Source of the DNA: Antechinus flavipes
Taxonomy: Eukaryota
DNA: 64,000 nt
NCBI RefSeq assembly: GCF_016432865.1
Contig: NC_067398.1
Coordinates: 117,552,001-117,616,000, forward strand
Direction: 5' to 3'
Part shown: piece by piece, positions 55,270 to 64,000 of the stretch
Layout: each line of letters starts with the position of its first letter
Position numbering within the stretch: position 1 is the first letter of the stretch
Made by a program: the position numbers and the translations under genes
The notes under the pieces: model-generated
Databases searched by the model: none
Seen by the model: the letters and a program-made list of their open reading frames with translations, nothing else
Told to the model about the DNA's origin: nothing

Positions 55270-57870
55270 GTGAATGTTTTCTTGATTTTGCTCATTCTAA
55301 TCTTCATTATTTTGTGCAAGTTTTTCCATGTTTTTCTAAAATCACCAAGTTCATTATTTCTTTTTTTTAATTGTGGTGAGTTTATTTTTATTAATACATT
55401 GCTTTATGAATCATGTTGGGAGAGAAAAAAAATCAGAACAAAAAGGAAAAACCATGAGAGAAATAAAAAAAAATAAACAATAAAAAAAGAAGTAAACATA
55501 GTATGTTTTGGTTTACATTTAGTCTCCACAGTTCTTTTTCTGTATGTAGATGGCATTTTCTGTCCAAAGTCTATTGGGATTGCTTTGGATCACTGAACCA
55601 CTGAGAAGAACCAAGTCTTTCATAGTTGATCATCGCATATTCTTGCTGTTACTGTGTACATTGTATTTCTGGTTCTGCTTGTTTTGCTCAAAATAAATTC
55701 ACGTAACTCTTCCCAGACCTTTCTTAATCAGCTTGTTCGTCATTTTTTATAGAACAATAATATTCCATTACCTTCATTTACCACAACTTGTTCAGCCTTT
55801 CTCCAATTAAGGACATCTACTCATTTTCCAATTCTTTGCTACCACAAAAAGAGCTGTTACAAACATTTTTGCACATGTGAATCCTTTTTCCTCCTTTATG
55901 ATTACCTTGGGATACAGACCCAATAATGGCACTGCTGGGTCAAAGGGTATACACAGTTTTATAGCCCTTTTGAGCATAGTTCCAGATTACTCTCCAGAAG
56001 TGTTGAATCATTTCATAACTAAACTCATCATTTCTTATAGCAGAGTTATTACTCCATCACAAACATATACCACAATTTATTTTAGCATTCCCTGATTGAG
56101 GAGAGCCCATTTTGTCTTTAGTTCTTTGCTACCACAAAAAAAAAAAATGCCATGAACATTTTGATAAAAGTAGGGCTTTTTCTCTGACAATTCCCATTGT
56201 CTAAACTATTTTTCCTTCCTTCATATCTTCACCTCCTGACTTCCTTCAGGTCTCAACTCCCACTGTTTGGAAACATTTTGTGGTTTTCCATAATTCTAGT
56301 GTCTTTCTTCTGTTGATTATTTCTAATTTATTCTATATGGAGTTTGTTTTTACAGAGTTTGAATGTTGTCTGCTTCATTTGAATGTAAATTTCTTAAAAG
56401 CAGGGATTGTCTTTTGACTCTTTTTTGTATCCCTAATACTTAGAACAGGGCTTAGCACAATATAAGAGTTTAATAAATGTTTATTGACTATCTTTAGCCT
56501 CTTTTCTTGTAGTGATTTTTTAAAAACGTGTTCAATCTGCAAGAAAAAACTACTGAGACAGAGCTTATTTTTCTATTTATTTTTGGTAAATAGTATGTTA
56601 GCTTTTTCAATTATTTGTAAAGATAGTTTTCAACATTCATTTTTATAAAATTTTTAGTTCAAAATTTTCTCTTGCTCTCCTCCCACCTCCTTGAGTTGGC
56701 AGTCTGATATTAGTTATACATGTGCAATCATGAAAACATATTTCCACATTAGTCATGTTGTGAAAGAAGAACTTAACAAAAAAGGAGAAACCATAAAAAA
56801 AAAAAACAAAAACCAAAAATAAACCATGAAAATAACATGCTTCAATCTACATTCAGACTCCATACTTCTTTCTTTGGATGTGGATAGCATTTTCCATCGT
56901 GAATCCTTTGGAATTGTCTTAGATCATTGTATTGCTAAGAATAGCTAAGCTTCTTATATTGGATCATTGAACAATGTTACTATAAAATGTTCTCCTGGTT
57001 CTGCTTACTTTACTCAGAATCATTTCATGTAAGTCCTGGATTTTCTGAAATCTGCCTGCTCATCATCTCTTATAGTACAATGGTATTCCATTACATTTAT
57101 ATTCTATAACTTGTTTAGCCATTTTTCAATTGAGGGGAATTCCCTCAATTTCCAATTCTTTGCTACCACAAAAAAATCTTTGTTGCCAATGGCACAAAAA
57201 GAGCTGCTATAAATCTTTTCATATATTTAGGCATTTTTCCCTTTTTATGATTTTTTGGGGATAGTATTGCTGGATTAAAAGGTATGTACAATTTTATTGA
57301 CTTTTGTTTCCAAATTGGTCTCCAGAATGGTTGGATCGGTTCACAGTTCCACTAACAATGTATTAGTATCTCATTTCCTCACATCTTCTGCAACATTTAT
57401 CATTTTTCCTTTTCTCTCATATTAGTCAATCTGATGGGCATGAGGTAGTACTTTGGAGTTATTTTTATTTTCATTTTATAAATTGTGGAATAACTTGTGT
57501 TCTTAAAAATTTGACTCAGTTCTCTATAAGCTTGAGAAATCAGACCTTTATCAGAGGCATTTGCTATAAAAAATATTTTCCAGCTTTCTACATTCCTTCT
57601 AATCTTGGCTGTATTGGTTTTGTATGTGCAAAACCTCTTTAATGTAACTGAAATTATCCATTTTACATTTCATAATATTCTCTCTGGTTTGATCATCAAT
57701 TCTTCCCTTCTCCATAGATTTGACAGGTCAAATATTCCTTGCTCTCTTAATTTGCTTATGGCCACCCTTTATATGAAAATGGATATATCTAAGTCATGTT
57801 CTCATTTTGACTTTACCTTGGTACATGGAGTTACATGGTGGTCTATGCCTAGTTTCTGCCAATGGCATCT
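55270..57870 (-). mobile_element. Cluster of marsupial L1 3' fragments
   Basis: Repeated L1 3' UTR blocks (tttgctaccacaaaaagagctg; atgcttcaatctacattcagactcc) and ORF2 C-terminal remnants. Confidence 0.8.
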
Positions 57871-58339
57871 TATTAAAAGTTCCTAACTCTATCTAAGTAT
57901 ATGATTTTATGCCTTTTATTTAAGCTGAATCCGGCATTTCCCAGAAGCTTGAACATTCAGCCACCAAAGCATTAGACCTTGCTCCAGGGTTCAGGGCAGC
58001 AAGAGGAAGAGAGGTGGGAATAGAAGATTGGGGTCAGGCTCAGAGAAGAATTTGTGGGAGTGGGAGAAGCTTGGAGATGGGAAGACATATTCAAAACCAT
58101 ACATAGCAGGACATAAAGTGGGTGAGCCAAATTATCATGATGCCCTTGGATTTCCAAGGTTTAGAAAGGGTCTGATTGCTATTCCTTCCTGACATCTGAG
58201 AAAATATCCAGAGCCTGCACCCAGAAAGAAGACAGGCGTTTTTAGCCGCTGGAAACTGAGAATAAAGGGAAGAGCTACAAAGGCAAAAAACCAAAAACAA
58301 AACCTTTTATGCTGGGGAACAGAGAAGAACTACTCCCTT

Positions 58340-58460
58340 TTCCGGTACTACCTCACCCCAGGAAATGGTTCTTTACCACGGGTGACCACATCCACCCTGT
58401 TTCCATAGAAACACCTGGGAGGAAGAGGGTGGCAGGGGCAGTTGAGTCACAGTTGCTTAA
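58340..58460. promoter_or_regulatory. Candidate haematopoietic enhancer/promoter upstream of C16orf54 (ETS, RUNX, AP-1 motifs)
   Basis: CAGGAAAT at about 58359-58366, GACCACA 58384-58390, TGAGTCA 58443-58449; motif evidence only. Confidence 0.35.
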
Positions 58461-58647
58461 CTGCCTGCCCCAAATGGGCCTTGTTTATGCCCTTCTGGGA
58501 ATCCCACTCTATTCAGTGCCCTCCCAGCATGCACTGAAGCGATCATCCCTCAAATTGGATGAGAACAGAGACTGGACTATCTGAAGAAACCAAGGTGAGA
58601 AGCATGAGTAGGAAAGAGAGCTGGGGGGGGGGGGGGTTATAGAAATA

Positions 58648-58818
58648 NNNNNNNNNNNNNNNNNNNNNNNNNNNNNNNNNNNNNNNNNNNNNNNNNNNNN
58701 NNNNNNNNNNNNNNNNNNNNNNNNNNNNNNNNNNNNNNNNNNNNNNNNNNNNNNNNNNNNNNNNNNNNNNNNNNNNNNNNNNNNNNNNNNNNNNNNNNNN
58801 NNNNNNNNNNNNNNNNNN
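58648..58818. other. Assembly gap (171 N)
   Basis: N-run flanked by G-runs and a purine-rich tract. Confidence 1.
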
Positions 58819-59763
58819 GGGGGAGACATTCAGACAGACAGAGATAGAGAAAAAGAGTTTGGAAGATGGTAAATCAGAGAGAAACAGGACTAGGGAAACA
58901 GAAAGATCTGGAAGGATAGAAATGGGGACAGATAGACAAAGGAACTCAACGAGACACACAGAGACTGATTAAGATCTCAAGAGATACAGAGATAGGAAAA
59001 AAAAAAGAGAGACAGAGGAGAGAAAACTTGGGATGGAGAGAAAAAGAGATAGAGAAAGAGATAAAGAAACCTAGAGAAAGGCAAGTAGGTCATCTGAGCA
59101 TGACAGTGAAAACTTAGAGAAACAAAAGCAGAGGTACAGAGACTGGGAATCAGACTTAAAAAAACAATCTTTGCCCCAGAAAGACAGACTTAGAGAAAGA
59201 CTAGGGGAAAAAAGACAAGGGAATAAAGTTAGAGAGATAATGAGAGAGAGAGAGACTCCAAAGCAACCAGGAAAACAACAACAACAACAAAAAAAAAAAC
59301 CCCAAAAAACAAAAACAAGAAAAGCAGCAGGAAAAAGGAGCAGGAACCACTGTAAGTAATGGCAAGAACAAGAGTGACTGGGCCCCTGGGGTGGAAGGAT
59401 ATTTCTGTCCTTTCCTCCCCCGCCATTTCCTCTTAAGCAAAATGGAGGGGGAGAGACTCCCTGCCGGAGGAGATTCCAGCTGGCTCTTTAAATGCCAGTG
59501 CTAGGGATATCTAAGTTCTGCAATAGAAGTGGAGCCCCAGATACTGAAGAATTTTCTTTCTCTCTCATTCTCTCTGTCCCTGTCTTCCTCCCCTTTCTCC
59601 CACCTTTTCTATTTTCCCCGTTCTCCCCTTCTCCCCCCTCCTCTCTGGTTCTGTTCATGCGTCTGCAATGGACTCTTTTTCCCTCATTTTTTTTTCCGTC
59701 CCTTTTTTCCTCTTTGTTTTTCTCTCCCATCTGGGTCCTTCCATTTCCCTCTCCCCCTCCCAG

Positions 59764-60408
59764 ATGTCTGCAGTTCTGGAACAGCCTCCCGAGGACCCAG
59801 GCCTGCCCCAATCCTCCCCATGGCCCCCCCTCCTGTGTGGACCCTGCATCCCCATCATGCTGGGCCTGGCCTTGGTGGCCGCCATCTTCCTCCTGGCCAC
59901 AGCTGTGCTGGCCGAACGTCTTTTCCGCCGTTCTCTGGAATCAGACCCTACAGTCCGGGGGCCCAGCCTGGTCTGGCGCCCAGGAGGGGAGCTGTGGATT
60001 GAGCCTGTGGGGACACCCCACGAACGATCCCAGGATTGGTATGGTTCAACAGCCCCTCTTTTGCACTCCCAGGCTCCTGAGCCCCCTATTCTTGGGGGCA
60101 CTTTGGAAATGCGGGCCACAGCACCCCCCTTTCCAGATTCTCCTCTCTGTCCTTCAGTCCCCCCCCAAGCCCCGGAGTCTCCTGGCAGCACATTCTGCAC
60201 AGCAAATCCTTGGGAAGAAAGGCCTCGGACGACTGGTCTGGTGGGCTGGTTTGAACCGCAACCAGGGCCAGAACCCTCACCCCCCCCACTGTATAGCATC
60301 CGACGGCCTGGGAGCCCTGAGCCTGACTGGAGCCTTCAGCCACGGGTAACCCTGGAGCAGATCTCAGCTTTTTGGAGAAGAGAGAGCAGGGTACATGGAG
60401 GCCCCTGA
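59764..60408 (+). CDS. C16orf54: Transmembrane protein C16orf54 orthologue, single coding exon, 214 aa
   Basis: PCIPIMLGLALVAAIFLLATAVLAERLFRR (TM), LVWRPGGELWIEP, LQPRVTLEQISAFW. ATG directly follows a polypyrimidine tract and cag acceptor. Candidate poly(A) signal AATAAA 60923-60928. Confidence 0.95.
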   Translation: MSAVLEQPPEDPGLPQSSPWPPLLCGPCIPIMLGLALVAAIFLLATAVLAERLFRRSLESDPTVRGPSLVWRPGGELWIEPVGTPHERSQDWYGSTAPLLHSQAPEPPILGGTLEMRATAPPFPDSPLCPSVPPQAPESPGSTFCTANPWEERPRTTGLVGWFEPQPGPEPSPPPLYSIRRPGSPEPDWSLQPRVTLEQISAFWRRESRVHGGP

Positions 60409-60984
60409 ACCGTGAGGTTTTACCCAGGTTAAGCTTCCCATAGAGAACTTCCTCCATATTGAAGGCCTAGGGGAAGCTGGGCTTCCTGAGGGTCCCGAGA
60501 CATTGGGACCTATGGACATAGGACCCTGGACCTCACCTTTGGACCCTGGACTATCCCTCAGAGAAGAGAGGTAGGATCCGGAAGGGACCGGCAAGGACAG
60601 AATGCTGAGCACTTTTTAAAAAAAAACATCAAGACTCTTTTCTTCTGGACTCTGGAGGTCAGGCTGGGTGGGGATGAAGCGGTCACTCCAGCAGAGACAA
60701 ATGGATCCCTAGCTCACCCTGTGATAAGGTGCCATCTCTCTTTAGAATGGCTTAACGGAGGTGGGGCAAATGAGGATGTTAGTATAATCATAAAGTCACC
60801 GGAGGGAGAACATCAGCCGTGTGAAATGTAGGAAATGAACAATTCTCTTTCCCACCCTTCAGCTTCTCTCAGTCTCCCACCTGCTGTTCCCTCCCAAGCT
60901 CCCAATCCCCTTACCTGTGGCAAATAAACCTGCTTCCAAGCACTTAACTCCTGTAGACAAAAACAATTTTATCTTTATAACTTG

Positions 60985-61265
60985 TAAATATGCATACAAG
61001 TGTATATATAACTTAATTACATATGTATAACTTGCATATATGTATAAAGTACACATACACATATAACTTTGCATACAAGTATATATACATATCACATGTA
61101 TGTATACAAGTATATATGCTTGTATATATGCAAATTATATATGCTTATATAGGCTTGTATACATATATGCAAATATACATAACTTGTATATGTGTATACA
61201 TAATATGTATATATGTTATATATAATTTGTATGTGTGTTTATATATGTGGATATAAGTATATGTG
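60985..61265. repeat. Degenerate (TA/TG/CA) AT-rich simple repeat
   Basis: tatatgcatacaagtgtatatataac-like units. Confidence 0.85.
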
Positions 61266-61630
61266 GATACTTGTCTGTGTCACTCTATGACAGAAGACAA
61301 ATGGTTCTGTTGCAGTTCTTAGGGCTGGAAGGGATTGCATCATGTCCATCCCTTTCATTTCATAGGTGAATTAATTGCAGCCCGAGAGAGAGGGATTTCC
61401 TTTAGTTTACATGACCAGCTTGCGTCAGACCCCTGGTCTCCTAACTTCTGCATCCAACATCCTTCCACCACATCTTCATGAGGGAGAGATGAAGGAAGCC
61501 CTGTACAAGCTAAGAGCAAGATGGAGTTCCATGAGAAGGTGGGGAAGCTACAGCAAAGCCTGAGAAGGCTAGTTCAGGAAATGGTAGTTGGAATTCCAAC
61601 TGAGGGACCCTTCCAGAGAGGACTTTCTTT

Positions 61631-62279
61631 CCTGGGGGAACAGACAAGTGGAGATGATAAGGCATCTGATCTGGCCTTGGAGGAAGGGAAGGGTTTCAAC
61701 CTTTGGAAGTGTGGAGGGACTTTTGGGTAAAAGTGTTCTGTATTCTAAAGGGAAATTAAAGTAGAAAGGACATTTCTTCAATTTGGCAAAGTACTTACTC
61801 ATTGCCTCCTATGTAATGTACTGTGTATTGGGGTCACTACATAAATAAGATGTGTGTAATTTGTAGCCAAATAGCTTACAATCTAACAGAAGGGATTCAA
61901 TCTCAAAAAACGATGATAGTTTGTTGTCAGTCATGTATGACTCTTCATGACCCCATTTGGGGTTTTCTTAGCAAAGATCTGGAAGGGTTGGCCATTTCCT
62001 TCTCCAGCTCATTTTACTGATGAGGAAACTGAGGCAGACAGGGTTACATGACTGGCCCAGGATCACACAGATGGTAAGTATCTGAGCCTGGATTTGAACT
62101 CATGAAGATGAGCCTTCAGATTACAGAATAATTAAGTCCTTAGGTGTAGTCAGAGCACCAGAAAAATTCTAGAAGTGAATTCTGCCTGGGGGAATCAAAA
62201 TGGTTGGGGGGGGGGCATCTGATCTGGCCTTGGAGGAAGGGAAGGGCTTCGACTTTTGGAAGTGTGGAGGGACTTTGGG
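61631..62279 (+). repeat. Dispersed direct repeat (61631-61727 and about 62186-62279)
   Basis: ggcatctgatctggccttggaggaagggaaggg...tggaagtgtggagggactt occurs at 61661 and 62214. Confidence 0.9.
61920..62125. mobile_element. MAR1-type SINE
   Basis: gaccccatttggggttttcttagcaaagat...ccatttccttctccagctcatttt...gatgaggaaactgagg. Confidence 0.8.
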
Positions 62280-64000
62280 CAAATGCGTAGAGATGGGAGA
62301 GGGGTCGGGGAGTGCAGCCAGAGTACAGAATGGATAAGTCAAGTCAGTAAGCGCCTAATGATACCGTATATCATTGTGTGTTAATGACTATATTTCAGAT
62401 CCATCACATGGGGAGGGGAGTTAATTATTTACTGATTAAACAGTGGGCTGGATGTGATATGACTGTCAAGTTATTCTGGTGCGAAAGGGAAACCATAGAG
62501 GTCTTAGAGGAGCTCCTCTATCCCTTGGTGGTTCAGGGCCTGACCACAGGCCAGATTGGTGGAGAGTGCTTTCTGACGGGTCCTATTCTGACTGGTCAGT
62601 AGGACCCAGGATGTTTCGCCCTCAGGGGCCAGCGCAGACCCCACCCCGGAGTTATTTTTATTTTCATAGGTTGGCATTTATGGAGCACCTACTATGGGCA
62701 GGATCTAGCATTAGCACTCTGAGGAATGCAGGAGATGTCCTTGGCAATGATCCTTGTCCTCCCACTCTAAGGAGACTGGATTCACATGTGGAAAAACAGA
62801 GTTACTGAAACAAGGCCACATAGAAGTGCCCAAAACAAAAAGTTTTGGAGTGAAAGAGTGGAAAGAGCCCCAGACTGAGGGGCAGGCTTCAAATGCCATC
62901 TCTGCTACTTGCTAGTTGTTTGGCTCTGGGTAAATCACATAAGTTTTCTGAGCCTCAGTTTCCTTATCTATTAAACGGGGTTATCTTGATTACTTATCTC
63001 ACAGAGTTGTTTTAAGGTGATCAAAATGCCAATTGTCCTTAGGATGAAGACTTTGGATAAGGCATTTGCTCTTTCTGGAATTCAGTTTCCCACAGAAAAT
63101 TCAGGCATTGAAGATCCTCATTTCCCATCACTCCCTCCAAGTTCCTTGTGCTCCCACCAAACTCTGTTCCCAAATGCACTCTATGGTTTCTAGGTTCTGA
63201 GGGAAAAGGCTCTGCGCATCTTTGCCCCTGATACCTGAAATGTCCTCTCTCCCCCTCTTTGAAGAATTCTGACCTCTCTTTGAATCCCAAGTCAAACGGC
63301 ATCAACCTTCCTTGATTTCCCTTCAGTCAGTCTCTTTTCCTAAGCACTTCAGTGTTTATGTATATTAGTCAATTCAGTGAACATTTGTCAAGTGCCTATA
63401 CATGCTCAAAGTATTAGAGATACCAAGGCAAAAATGAAAAAAAAAATCCCTGTCCTCAAGGTGTTTAAATTCTATTGTAGTGACAACAGACACACAGGTA
63501 CACATTAGATAATTTGATCCCTTACAGTTGACTCCAGAAAAGGCCTCATGGAGGAGGTGGTACCTGATCTGAGCTTTGAATGAAGACGGAGTCAGAGTCG
63601 GAGCTGAAAAGGAAGTGAATGGATGGTGGGGAACGCTGAGGTCAAAAAACAGCTCCTAGTCCAGCTTAGCTGGAATTTTGTGGGCACAAATCCCTGGGAA
63701 GGGAAAAGGAACAAGCATGAATAGGAGCTTGCTTTGTGCCAGACCCTGTGCTCGTGCTTTACTAGTAGATTATCTCATTTGATTCTCACAACAAATTCTC
63801 ACAACAACCTTGGGAGAGAGGTGCTATTATTATACACATTTTACAATTGAGGAAACCGGCAAGTAGCAATTAATGCTAAGTAATGAAAGTGAAACCACTG
63901 AAGGTTTCTGAGAAGAATCAAACATTACTCAAATTAATCGAATACTTCTGCATTGTGACGCTTATCTGAATTCTCCTCAAAGTTTACCACAAGGACACTG

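Noticed and set aside
58509-58959. ORFs spanning X residues
   Set aside because: Artefacts of translating through the N gap.
59668-59763. Hydrophobic, signal-peptide-like N-terminal extension of C16orf54 from an upstream ATG
   Set aside because: It is the translated polypyrimidine tract (F/S/L codons) ending in a cag acceptor; homology begins at the ATG at 59764.

Overview
This is marsupial genomic DNA. WSINE1-type SINEs and the L1 3' ends suggest an Australian, probably dasyurid, species (inference). The window is syntenic with human 16p11.2 in reverse orientation. It holds six complete coding sequences whose exons I placed by hand from splice sites and reading phase: PAGR1 (-, 259 aa), PRRT2 (-, 359 aa), MAZ (-, 477 aa, plus an alternative first coding exon and an alternative zinc-finger exon), KIF22 (-, 14 exons, 654 aa), ZG16 (-, 165 aa) and C16orf54 (+, 214 aa). 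Bases 1-20 kb are a GC-rich, tightly packed co-directional cluster. Bases 20-58 kb are AT-rich and dominated by retroelements (L1, CR1/L3, an RTE-like relic, WSINE1, MAR1, MIR, a probable solo LTR), with one 171-N gap. I found no wholly new gene system. The most notable observations are: (1) ZG16 carries Asn at the position of the human mannose-binding Asp151. (2) MAZ keeps a VEZF1-like micro first exon and a zinc-finger exon that appears to use a GC donor and escape NMD. (3) The human PRRT2 c.649dupC C9 hotspot is broken up here. (4) The KIF22 exon 8 acceptor appears shifted by 12 nt. Comparisons with human and mouse sequences are from memory and need checking by alignment.
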